64,000 bases of DNA from Octopus sinensis (Eukaryota), in assembly GCF_006345805.1 (NCBI RefSeq), contig NC_042998.1, positions 64,728,001-64,792,000 of the forward strand, given 5' to 3'. Shown one piece after another: positions 40,852 through 53,435 of the stretch. How positions within the stretch are numbered: position 1 is the first letter of the stretch; the number at the start of each line of letters is the position of its first letter. The translations under genes and the position numbers were made by a program. The notes beneath the pieces are model-generated. The model did no database searches, was not told the DNA's origin, and saw only the letters and a program-made list of their open reading frames with translations.

Positions 40852-41458
40852 ATATATATATTGTGGTGTGTGTGTGTAAAAATTATATGTGACAATTATT
40901 CAGTAGCCAAGATAAATCTCTGAATTCGGATGACGAGGTAGAAATCCACGCCACCATCTCTTCGGTTATCTGGCCATCTGAAAAACGCTATGAAAACAGA
41001 CCGTTATTCAAAAGGAAATTAGTATGTTATAGACCGCTACTTATACAAAGCTGTTTGAGAGATATCAAGCATAGAATATTAATAGATAAATTTGACAACA
41101 ATTATTTTGTAAAAAGTATTTATCTCGAGCAAGCTAGTATCTTTCCTCTAATATGGAAAATAGAAAGGATGCAATTGTAGTATACATGTATGCAGATAAA
41201 TGTCTTAATAAACACCCAAGCACCCACTACCCACGAAGGATCTCACGCATAGTATTATAATAACCTATCATCATACACAGGTGTATGAGTGTATGCGTTC
41301 CCGTGCGTACTGTACTATTACATCAATCCTTTTTTATTTACTTACATTCCGTATAAATAAAGCCTACATCTGTTCATCTCGTCTATTACTCATACTTATT
41401 ATGCCTTGTGTACAAAGCGTTTATGTATCTATGTATCTATCTACCTATACATACATAC

Positions 41459-41553
<95 letters not shown>

Positions 41554-41567
41554 GTGTTTGTACAGAG

Positions 41568-41712
41568 AATACCAAACGAGTTCCCTATGGATACCGTATT
41601 TATTACAACGAGTGGCTTGTAAACGTATCTAACTCGCTTTCTCTCGTTAGATACGTTTACAAGCCACGAGTTGTATAATAATACGGTATCCATAGGGAAT
41701 GAGTTTGGTATT
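41568..41712. repeat. 145-bp hairpin with tandem G.A internal loops
   Basis: Arms 41568-41633 and 41646-41712 pair except at two GA/GA dinucleotides, one G-U pair and a small A/T slip. Confidence 0.9.
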
Positions 41713-42102
41713 TTATTTATTACACACGAGTAAACCACCATATTTAACAAAACCATTCACCTTGATATCGACAACAGTAGCCATCTTGCTAATAGATCTA
41801 CCTGCACTGCAAGAGTATCGACGAGCAGACGAAATATGTTGTGATTTTTTTGGCAACAAAAAATTGAATTACCACCACAAATGTTTATATTTTATGTGTA
41901 TATGACTTTAAGTGATATCCCGTATAAAAAAGATAGTATGTTTGTTTAATTACATGGCTTCATTCTACCTGCTCGTGAAAGTAATGAATGAAGTTTAGTT
42001 GTAACTTATAATGACAAAAGTATTGCCGTCACCGCAACCTCGGGTCATCACAATGGATTGACCAATCAGAAGCAGCGCTCTTTCTCCCACTCTTTCTTCT
42101 GT

Positions 42103-42228
42103 TGGTCTGCTCGCTTAGCCAGCGGGGTGGCTTCATTCGAAGGCTAAAACAATGCGAGCGCATTGTGACCAGCGATGTGTAACAACATCTGATGGTCTGG
42201 TCGGTCACGTGATCACGTGATCCGGTGA

Positions 42229-42230
<2 letters not shown>
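42103..42230 (+). repeat. (TA)n-associated short repeat; inverted homologue at 45600-45710
   Basis: GCTCGCTTAGCCAGCGGGGTGGC...GAAGGCTAAAACAATGCG...CATTGTGACCAGC present in both copies. Confidence 0.85.
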
Positions 42231-42271
<41 letters not shown>

Positions 42272-42352
42272 ATATATATATAGATAGATAATACAATTGT
42301 TCGTTTGTTTTCCACCTGCCTCGTCTTTTGTTTATTTTCATAAAGCTTCCCG

Positions 42353-42399
<47 letters not shown>

Positions 42400-42968
42400 A
42401 TAATAACTTGACCCAACGGGTGACGAACAGTTCAGGTTATAAAACATCGAGGCTGATTTCAAGATTGCATTGAATTGAAAACTAATTTTATGATGGTTGA
42501 TATAAATATTTCAATTCGTTATTGTCATCATAGTGTTTAGAAATTCATGTGTAAGGTTGTATTGATTAAGTACAGCATCTAATAGACATTAAAATATCGG
42601 GATAAATTTGGACCCCTCTTGCAGCTTTTATTTGTGTATTATGTGCACAATGCAACGAAAATTCGAAAGGAATTGGAAAAATAAAGTTAATGGAAACAGT
42701 AATGGAAACTATTTCAGGGTTATGCTAATTTCGAATTATTTCCCCATTATGCCTCGTTGCAGTTATTTGTGAAGGTACCCCTAAAAACCCCGCGTATCTC
42801 GGGAATCTGTCGTCCGGTTTACATAAATTTGTTTTATTCCACATATATTCATATTTCAGGGGTCCCTTACGTTCAGAGTATTTTCCCTTTATGAGCCGTT
42901 TGACTGTATTAAAATAAAGGCACGCACGCGCGCAAGCAAGCTATAACAGATTTTTAGTAGTGGGAGTA

Positions 42969-43000
<32 letters not shown>

Positions 43001-43108
43001 ATATTACAACTACTACCACAACTACTACTAGTATAATATATATATATATGTATATACACATATGTAGTTATGTATCTATATTCATATATATGTATGTATA
43101 TATTATAA

Positions 43109-43485
43109 GCGCAGGAATGGCTGTGGTAAGTAGCTTGCTTACTATCCACATGATTCAGGGTTCAGTCCCACAGCGTGGGACCTTGGGCAAGTGTCTTCTA
43201 CTATAGCTTCGGGTCTTGTGAGTGATTTTGGTAGACGGAAACTATATATATATATGTGTGTGTGTGTGTGTATGTGTGTGTATGTTTGTGTCTGTGATTG
43301 TTCCCCCAACATCGCTTGACAACAGATGATGTTGCGTTTACGTCCCCGAAACCTAGTGGCTCGGCAAGAGAGACCGATAAAATAAGTACTAGGCTTACAA
43401 AGAATAAGTTCTGGGGTCGATTGTTTCTATTAAAGCGATGCTCCAACATGGCTGCAGTGAAATGACTGGGACAAATAAAAGAATA
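43109..43485 (+). mobile_element. SINE family A
   Basis: GCGCAGGAATGGCTGTGG...GGGTTCAGTCCCACAGCGTGGGACCTTGGGCAAGTGTCTTC... Confidence 0.85.
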
Positions 43486-44016
43486 GGAAACTAAAAGAAT
43501 ACAATACATATGCATATCTATTTATACATATATATACACACACAGACATATATAAACACACACACACACGCGCATACTTTGATCTTACACGAACGAACAG
43601 TGGGATTTACGTTTCCACAGATTACGAAAATTTTGAGACTATTTGTTTTTAGTTTGTGAGAGAAAATAGCATCCTAAAACATTCATATAAAATGAATTTT
43701 TATGGTTATCACTAGGAATTGTGAATGCAAGAGACATCCAATACTTTTTCGTTTATAGTGTATCTTGTATTCCGTTATGCAATATCGTCTTCCTTATGTA
43801 ACATCGCTATATTTGATTGGAGTCTGCAGGTCGAGCAACAACGAAGACGTTACTTTGTATTGCTTCCGCCATAGATAAGTTTTAAAACGTTATCAATTTC
43901 ATGTTAATCATGTCATGATTGTTATAGATCATACCACTCTTTCTTTCACTGACTCTCTCATATTCTCTTCGTGTATAAGTGCTTGTGTTTGTGTGTGTTA
44001 GTAGACGCTCACACAG

Positions 44017-44050
<34 letters not shown>

Positions 44051-44489
44051 ACACACATATATATATATATATATTTATATATATGCACACATGTATATAT
44101 GGATATACATATATATTTACATATGTATGTGTGTATTTGTGTATGTTTTATATTGTGTGTGTGAGTGTTGGCTCGAGGTTTGGTGATTCAAGTAGGAAAG
44201 AAGATTTGAACACCAGACTACATATGCATTTTTTTATTAACAACCGGTAGAAGTTAGAGTGACTCGGGGGTCGAGCGTTTCGTGCATTCGCACTTATCGA
44301 ATTAGTTTTAAATCAACAGGTCGCATATTCATATATCTGGGATAATGGCATTCCCCTAGATTATAATGGAACGAATTATAAAAGCACTGACACGTGTCAC
44401 GTGGATAATATATACTATACTGGTGAATGCATAAATGAATAAGCGGATAAGGAAAATTCTTTTCTACTCTAAGCACAAAGCCCGAATTT

Positions 44490-44878
44490 TTTGGGAAGGG
44501 GTCAGTCGATTAGATCGACCCCAGTACGCAACTGGTGCTTAATTTATCGACACCGAAAGAAGACAAAGTCGAACTCGGCAGAATTTGAACTCAGAACGTA
44601 AACAGACGAAATACTGCTAAGTATTTTGCCCGGCGTGCTAACGTTTCTTATTTCTTTACTGCGCACAAGGGGCTACGCACAGAGATGACAAATATCGACA
44701 AACAAACGGGATTAAGTCGATTATATCGACACCAGTGAGTAACTGGCACTTATTTAGTCGACCCCGAAAGGATGAAAGACAATGTCGACCTCGGCGGATT
44801 TGAACTCAGAATTTAGCGGCAGACGTACTACGCTAAGCATTTCACTCGGCGTGCTAACGTTTCTGTCAGCTTGCCGCA
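44490..44878 (-). mobile_element. Two tandem family B SINEs
   Basis: The GTCGATTA(G/T)ATCGAC...GAAAG...GTCGA...AATTTGAACTCAGAA...GGCGTGCTAACGTTTC block occurs twice. Confidence 0.85.
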
Positions 44879-45519
44879 GATAAGGAAAGTTGAAAGATAT
44901 GTATGCATGCTTGCGAACACTGAAAATACAGATAAATATATATATATATACTGTCCACATGAATATAAAGACATACACACATCTAGACATACATATATTC
45001 ACACCGATACATGTACATGGATTCTCTAACACATTCGCGCACATATATCTGTATGAATCCCTCTATTATAGGCACAATGCATGAATTTTGTGTGAAAGGG
45101 ATTATTGCACCAACCTCAGTATTCAATTGGTACTTTTGTGTTTAATCGTTCGCAAAATGAAAGGTAAACTCGTAGTTGATGTCCGTAAGGAGAAACGAAA
45201 TGCCGATAAGCGTTTTACCCGATTGGCTAACCATTCTGTCATCTCACCTCCCTAGACATGTATACGTATTAACCATCTACACACGAGTGTATGCATACAC
45301 AGTTTCATAAATGTACGAAAAATATGTATATAATTGACCGCCAGCTACAAAAGATTTTATTTATTCTCTCTCTGTCTCTTTTCTCGTGTTCCTTTCAGTT
45401 GAAGAACGTAGGCACCAAACGTAAAAGACTTTCATACCCTCCCGAGCGTTAAACTAATACACCTACTTGTTGTTTATACACGTCTTCGTCTTTTTTTTTT
45501 GTAAATTGCAACAGTATGG

Positions 45520-45602
<83 letters not shown>

Positions 45603-47452
45603 CGTGACGACCAGGCTATCAGATGTGGCTACACATTGCTGGTCACAATGCGCTTCGCATTGTTTTAGCCTTCAAATGACGCCACCCCGCTGGCTAAGCG
45701 AGCGGACTAATATATATTTATATAAAAATATCAAAAAAACCTAGACAAAATGGCAAACGAGAACATAAAAAGCACAAACATAGAAAACGAACATTTTTTT
45801 AGAACAAACAGAGAAACGAGACAAGCAACATAAAGAAAATTCCTTTCATCAATTGTCTCCTGTTTAACGCCACGCATCCATTTACAAGTAAGTTTTAACT
45901 TAATTCCTATGCGCACTCTTATCGAAGCCGCGTTTTTTCCGTACCTTCGCAACGCTTTGTATTTTTAAAATACATAATGTACGCCACAAGTATTTAACTG
46001 TATGATGGTTAAATTCAAGTTGCTGTCATCTTTTATCTAAAATATGGACAGATTTTATGATGAGATGCTTAATGGTAAACTGGTCAAATCTCGTATGTTG
46101 ATGTATTTTTAAAGATTAACTCTCATATATAAAAGTGAATTTATTATTCAGGGAATTGATGCTAATATATCTAATCATGTATGGACATATTATCTAAAAT
46201 GCATTGTCTTTTATTTCAGTCGTTTGTTTCTACGATAGACAAAGATATTAATGTATTGTTTGTCACAACACACGTCTTTAACGTTCTAAAATTTTGTATA
46301 CATTAACTGTCAGCAGGTTCTCTTTTCATCATAGAAGTAATAAATTTGCAATTTGTGTATCTTTGTAAGAAGGCCTGCTACCAATCAGTTTCTAATCAGT
46401 GAGCACTTAATATGAAATAAATTAAACTTTATAAAAGAGAATTGCATACTCTATTTTTCCCTCAAATATCTTTAGATTACTTGACGTTAGAGACCACAAC
46501 GTAGTTCGTAGAAATGTTGAATCCTTCCTTATGCAATTTTCTTCATAAAGAAACACCTGCCTTGTATATTTATTCCAAGCAGGCTAGTGATTTACACAAA
46601 GTTTAGCAATTTGGATCGGTAAGCAACTGTCCACCTAATATTGAATTTCATATATACAATGTACGCATTAGAATACCAAATGCATTGCTAAGCATTTTAT
46701 TTACGTATAAAAGTTAAAATGTTGTTTTCGCTTCGTATTTTCAAAATAAATAATGCACGCCACAAATATATAACTGTATAATGGTTAAAATCAAGTCACT
46801 GTCATCTCTTATCTAAAAGTACCATAGAACCGTGCAAAATACAACTGAATGAACCCATATTAACTTTCAACAAATTACAGCGTGGTGTATTCTTTCGGGG
46901 GCATAAACTAATGTATGTTCACAATGAAGATCTCTATGAAGTGTGCTTAACATATAATTTCTTATATATATATATATATCTTTCTTTTGTGCGATCTCAG
47001 ATATCATCCTTCATTCTGTTAAAAATAGCTGTTAAATGTCATTGTTATTTTACCTATCATCCTTCATAGACATCTGAAATATACTCGCAAATTCACTATA
47101 CGTAAACTTCATACATTTTCTCCTCGTGTCACAACTACTTTTCATAAGTCGGCTCAGTCTTGAGGATGCGAATGAATAACTAATGCGTTTCAGAAGTTAG
47201 GTCATATATATATATATTATGCGTATGTATTTCGCTAGTGAACTATTGTTGTAAGTAAAGATAAAATAAAATAAAATTTGAAATATTTGGATTACTTAAT
47301 CCCGAGTGCATTTGGAGCTGTATGATTTATAATTTATTTCTATTGTTCTTATAACAACTTTCAACCTCATACAAATAAATGATTTATACATCCGTAATTC
47401 TCCATTTACTTTCTCTCATTATTAACAATATGATAATTTCTAACATATCGTC

Positions 47453-47526
<74 letters not shown>

Positions 47527-47528
<2 letters not shown>

Positions 47529-48385
47529 CTTTATAATTAGGGTTCAGCAAAGATTTGCTCTACCACATACCGAAGTTTAGAAATAGCAGCCAAAAATACA
47601 AGTATTTTGGTTTTTCTGGGAGTCCCTTAATAAAGTGGAAGTAATAGCTAAGGTTTTTGGCTGCTATTTCTAAACTTCGGTATGTGGTAAAGCAAATCTT
47701 TGCTGAACCCTAATTATAAAGTATTACTTAAGTTTACCGTGAAATGGTCCTTTTTCATGCCGAAGTCTACTTGGTGAAATTATTGATTAATTCTTAATTA
47801 ATTAAGTTTACCCTTTGTTATTATTGATAATAGAATTTTCTCCCTGATAACAAACTACAGATTTTTTCTGTAGTATTTTACTTGACAACACACGCGGATA
47901 GGCAGGGGAGGGTAATGAACCTCATTCATATTTTGAATATAACACTGAATATAATCTGTCTGATACCGTTAGGTGGAGAGATATGTTCAGTCATTCCATT
48001 ACCTTCGAATTTAATATTTCAATATTTAATATTGTTGGAGTCCCATGCTGATGAAGAAAATGGTTGGTAAAGTATAATTCTATATTCTTTATACCGATCT
48101 AATTCCGAAAGGCGCGTCCATGGATGACCAGATATTGATTGATATTCGTTACTTTTCCTCTCTGCCTGTGTGGATTGTTTTCATGTATTTTGGTTTTTCT
48201 GGGAGTCCCTATTTAAAGTAGAAGAAATAGCTAAGGTTTTTGGCTGCTATTTCTAAACTTCGGTATGTGGTAAAGCAAATCTTTGCTGAACCCTAATTAT
48301 AAAGTATTACTTAAGTTTACCGTGAAATGGTCCTTTTTCATGCCGAATTCTACTTGGTGAAATTATTAATTAATTAATTTTACCC

Positions 48386-48397
<12 letters not shown>
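47527..48397 (+). mobile_element. Non-autonomous hammerhead-bearing element: inverted 5' segment + 583-bp unit + partial direct repeat
   Basis: 47602-47825 is nearly identical to 48185-48397. 47527-47596 is the reverse complement of 47654-47723 (1 mismatch in 70). HHR at 48043-48123; no recognisable ORF. Confidence 0.75.
48043..48123 (+). ncRNA. Type I hammerhead ribozyme, canonical core
   Basis: CCATG-CTGATGA-AGAA...TTCC-GAAA-GGCGCG-TC-CATGG; 5-bp helix I and an extended helix II. Confidence 0.75.
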
Positions 48398-48457
<60 letters not shown>

Positions 48458-48532
48458 TAAGGGCTGCAAATTCATCATGCTAAATTGAGAATTTTATTCT
48501 ACCAGTGGTGAAACAGAAAGCTGTATATCTAT

Positions 48533-48566
<34 letters not shown>

Positions 48567-49042
48567 CATACGGTAGTCTGTTTAATACCCCGAAACCTTC
48601 CCAAAAATTGTGCTCTCATGCGTCAATGCTTGAAAGCAAAGGTTTGAAGAGATAGTACTGTTTTGAATATTATAGTAAGTGCACCTAAGTTTGAATTGAA
48701 AAAATGCAGGCAATATAGATTTTGCTTGTTTGAAATTAGACGGAGATGGATGATTGCAATACAGTTTTGCTGAGGACAATACATCACAAGCAACTCAACA
48801 TGTTTCATACCTGTTAGTAAATATTTGAGACACATTAGAAACTATTCAACAGATCTCTGAAGCTAATAAACTACTAAGTATTTTATATGATAGACATTCC
48901 ATTGCAGACGTTTAATGATACATATAATTTGTATTTGATGCAGCAGTGGCAAAATATTCCTGGATAAAATGTCATTGTTTCACAGGTTTTCATCGGCCCT
49001 GTTTTTCTTCTCGTTTTTTACACACACTCACATGTATATATG

Positions 49043-49086
<44 letters not shown>

Positions 49087-49175
49087 TACGTGTGTGTGTG
49101 TGTGAGTGTGTATGTATGTATATATTCATATATATATATAATGTATATATGCATATATATATATATGTATATATA

Positions 49176-49228
<53 letters not shown>

Positions 49229-50303
49229 GATAAATTGTAGTATATTACATAAGGTGCGAGAAAATTTGTGAGCTGATCATTTGACGATTATGCGCACACA
49301 CACACAGGCAGACTCATGCATTTTAAACCTACTCGGCCGTCAGAATCACTGGAATTTGATGCAAAAAGTGTACAAAGTCATTTTGAACTGTTGATGGATA
49401 TATAAATATAAATATGTATGTATTTAGCAGAGTCTAGCCAAAAGTTAACTCATTAGAGACACTGTAAGGGGACTAGAATATAATATATCAACTGAATTGT
49501 GGAAGAACAGCGAATGTCATACCTAACAACAGACAAATGGAATTTAAGCACGGTATATAAATTTTTAAACATAACAATGCCACTATTGTTTTTATTGCGG
49601 AATAAAATAGAAAGAGTGGGAAAATCACCAATATGCAATATGCATAACTATAAAATATATCATTGTACAAGCATGAATAAAAAAAAAAATAGAGGAAAAA
49701 AAAAAAAGATACTCGAAGCAATAAAATCAGATACAAAATATCTCGAGTTCTGTGAGCCCTTCTTCCAGAAAACATTTTCTTTTTGTACTAATATAAAAAC
49801 ATTTTCAGTGTCACCATTTCTGGATACAGAACAACAACAGACAGTGAAATATATTGGAGAAAGGGAGGAAACACTATTTACGTCATAAGGATTATAAAAT
49901 TCTAGAAAGATGAAAGAATTTGTTTCTCTCTGTTGAACTCGACATAGATAATGTTTTAAATAATAACCGGCGAATATTGGTTAAAAACTGTTCCGATAGA
50001 ATATGTCGCAGCCTATTCATGTGACTAGTTTCCAAAGCTTCCATACATGATGGCTGTCATTCGACCATTGGACCATCGTAGTCCTACGAAATAGTCTCTC
50101 GGTTTTGAGAGCATTTTATTCTTACCAGCGAAAAACATTTGTGGGGTAGAATTGTTTGTTTGTTAGAGGCTGCTGTTTAATTCAGTGATGCATTGAAATT
50201 TCTAACCAATGTAGCTGCATCTTGTGTATATATATTTGTATACATTTATATAATTGTAAATAATTGTATACGTATGCAATTATATGATTCTAGTAAAGCT
50301 GAC

Positions 50304-50369
<66 letters not shown>

Positions 50370-50594
50370 TGTCCGCGTGTGTATGTCAAAAGGCGTCCCC
50401 GCATGCATGCATTCGTGTGTGCTACATATTATATAACGTGGCATTCAACGTAGTATTAATATGAAAAGAATAATACTCAGCGATACAATCAACGCCAAGG
50501 TTTTATTAGACGGCAAATAAAATCGCATTATATAAATTAATTACAACAAAAACAATACTATTATTACCATTATTACTATTATTATTATTACTTT

Positions 50595-51950
50595 TTTTAT
50601 TCTTTTTTCAAATTTGCTTCCATTTCTTGCCGAGTGTCTTCCCGACTCCTAGGGCAAAGAAACTCATAGTATACATTGGTAGGCCATTAAACCAAACTCA
50701 ATAGTTCGTTCATTTAAAAAAATTTTTTTTTTTTTAAGTTAAATTAAAATACATGAGAAGCAACAGTTCTCACATTGACAATGTTCTTCTCAATACGTGT
50801 GATGTACCAGTTAAGACAATCTTTTGCACTTCTTACAGGGATGGTAAGCCAGGTATCATTCTCATATAATTTTCGGTTCCCTTCTTGATCATTCCTAGTG
50901 CTCCTACGATCACTGGTATTGTAACCGCCTTGAGATGCCACATTTTCTCAATTTCAATGAGTAGGTCTTTATATTTTCTGAGCTTGTCAAACTCTTTCGC
51001 TGAGATATTATGATCACAGGGGATGCTCATGTCGATCAATAGCAAACTTTATTGTTTTGGTCTTTCACAACAATATCTGGTTTATTGGCCTTGATGGTTC
51101 GGTCTGTATGTACTGGAAAGTCCCACAGAATGGTTACATTTTCTCCTTCAGTTACAGCCTCAGGGTGGTGATTATACCACTTGTCGGCAGTTTTGATATT
51201 GTAATGCCGACTTATTAGCCAGTGGAGATATTGGCCAACTCTGTCATGTCTTAATTTATACTCCACTGGTGCTAAGACTTTACATCCAGAGATTAGGTGG
51301 TCCACTGTTTCAATCATGTCATTGCAGAATCGGCATTTAGGGTCTGCTCCATTTTTCATCACATTGGCCTGGTAGTTCCGGGTTAATAGGCTTTGATCTT
51401 GAGCAGCCAGGATGAAACTTTCGCTCTCTGCTTTTAGCCCTGAGCTCCGTAGCCACTGATGGGTTTGCTTCTGGTCAACATCAGCTTGTTTGCTGCGGGT
51501 CACATATTTGCCGTGCAGAGGTTTCTCCTCCCACCTATCAGCCAATTGCTCGTGCGCTTTTTTCATTGCCATCATTTTCACCTTCTTTGCAACAATAGTT
51601 GCCGTACTTCCCTCGGGTTGTTCAGTTTGGGTATCCTGCACGAGATCAACAGCAACTTTTTTGCTTTCCTTTATGATAGAATGAAGCTTCTTTCGTCTCT
51701 CGTGATTTTCCACGAGCTTTAGCATCCAGTCATTCGATATTTCGAGATATTTGGCCAGTCCAATTGTGGTTGTTTTGTAAGCTAGTTCAAATTGGATCAG
51801 GCTTCGACTTGGGCTCTGGGAAGGTAAAGGCGATCTACCTCTGCCTTTGGGTGGTGCATCCTATTACAACTCAGCAGCTTGCGTATTTTCCTATCTATAT
51901 TCTTTACTTCACTCATATTCCAGTTCAACACATTGTAGCAATAAGTTACA

Positions 51951-51952
<2 letters not shown>
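50595..51952 (-). mobile_element. Dong/R4-clade non-LTR retrotransposon 3' part (CCHC + RLE), relatively well preserved
   Basis: ORFs 51036..51725 (KPLHGKY, CRFCNDMIETVDHLISGC, RHDRV, NKPDIVV) and 50833..51045 (LIDMSIP, KYKDL, PVIVGALG); HHPKAEVDRLYLPR upstream; (TAA)n at both ends. Confidence 0.92.
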
Positions 51953-52003
<51 letters not shown>

Positions 52004-52150
52004 TATTATTATTATTATTATTACCATTATTATTATTATTAATAATATTATTTTTATTATTATTATATTAATAATAATTATTATTATTATCATTACTATT
52101 ATTATTAATATTAGTAGTAGTAGTGGTGGTGGTGGTTTTGGTGGTGATAT

Positions 52151-52234
<84 letters not shown>

Positions 52235-52250
52235 TAGTAGTAATGATGAT
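51953..52250. repeat. Compound (ATT)n/(TAG)n microsatellite
   Basis: Directly visible. Confidence 0.95.
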
Positions 52251-52889
52251 AATAACAGCGGAATGAAACTAAGGAACGAAATTAGATTTAGAACATAAAA
52301 CAAAATTACATTAAGTAAGGAAAGCAGAGAGGAATAATTGATCTTATTGTAGAATATGTTTAGAAACTTAAAACGCTATTGGCATGCTATAGTTTCCATA
52401 ATTTGCTTCGAGAAGGAGACATGAATATTAGATTCAATGTTCTGAGTAGAAGTGGTGTTCTCTTGCATCATTCACTTTTAGCCATTTCACACCTTTTATA
52501 GTGTCAGCAAATTTTCAGCTAGGTTTTGATAGGTCTTGAGTCAAAGCAATTTATCAAACACGGTTTGATGAAGTAGCTAACAATTTATCTGTTCACAGTT
52601 TGTCAATTTGTAGAATTGCTATATGATGTATAGAATAGACTTTCATTTTGTCTAGACAATCTTTCGCTAAAAAACAACGAATTCACACTTACGACATCTT
52701 TATATTTTATCGTTTAAAATTTTTTACCAATAAATCATGTTCTCAGTTTTTTCAATGCATTTCACTCCGTACCATGTTGCATATATATATATTATTTTAT
52801 TTCTTTTATTTCTTTCAGCCATTTGACAGCGGCTATGCTGGAGCACTACCTTTAGTCGGACAAAACAATCCCAGTTGTGTTGGAGAGAG

Positions 52890-53140
52890 GTGTGGATGTA
52901 GGAGGGGGCTGTGGCAGATGTAAGGAGTGGCGTGGTATCAGTGAATAGAGAAGGTGGCTAGGAGTGAAGAGGGGAAGTAGGTGTCAAATGAAGAAATGGG
53001 AGGAAGGAGTTGAGCCAATGTGGAGCAAAGTAGCGAAGAGAGAAGATCAACTCTTGTTTACGGCGAAAGTGGGAGTCCAGATGGCTCCGAAGACAATCCG
53101 AACACAGACAGGTGTACTGAATGACCGTTAGTGCGGAAAT
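52890..53140 (-). mobile_element. PLE C-terminal fragment and CT-rich 3' region
   Basis: Minus translation GHSVHLSVFGL...HFRRKQELIFSLRYFAPHWLNSF fits the PLE R..E..LIF.L.T..P.GLN terminus. Confidence 0.6.
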
Positions 53141-53281
53141 ATCTCCTCTTTCTGAAAAAGAGCATTGCTCGAAACGTAAAATACCCTTTCTTTTCTTCTT
53201 TGATCGTCTTATTAATACTTTGCATGTGCTATATCTTCGCGTTAATGTTTTCTTCTTCTAGTTTTTTACGCTATTTTTTGA

Positions 53282-53362
<81 letters not shown>

Positions 53363-53368
53363 ATTGTC

Positions 53369-53435
<67 letters not shown>

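Noticed and set aside
40905-40985. CCGAAGA-GATG...CATC-CGAAT on minus
   Set aside because: Extra base before G12, GAAT instead of GAAA and no helix III; not callable as an HHR.
49807-49885. TISGYRTTTDSEIYWRKGG, reminiscent of Cys-loop receptor loop B
   Set aside because: A stop lies just upstream, there is no Cys-loop exon nearby and no good donor; likely chance.
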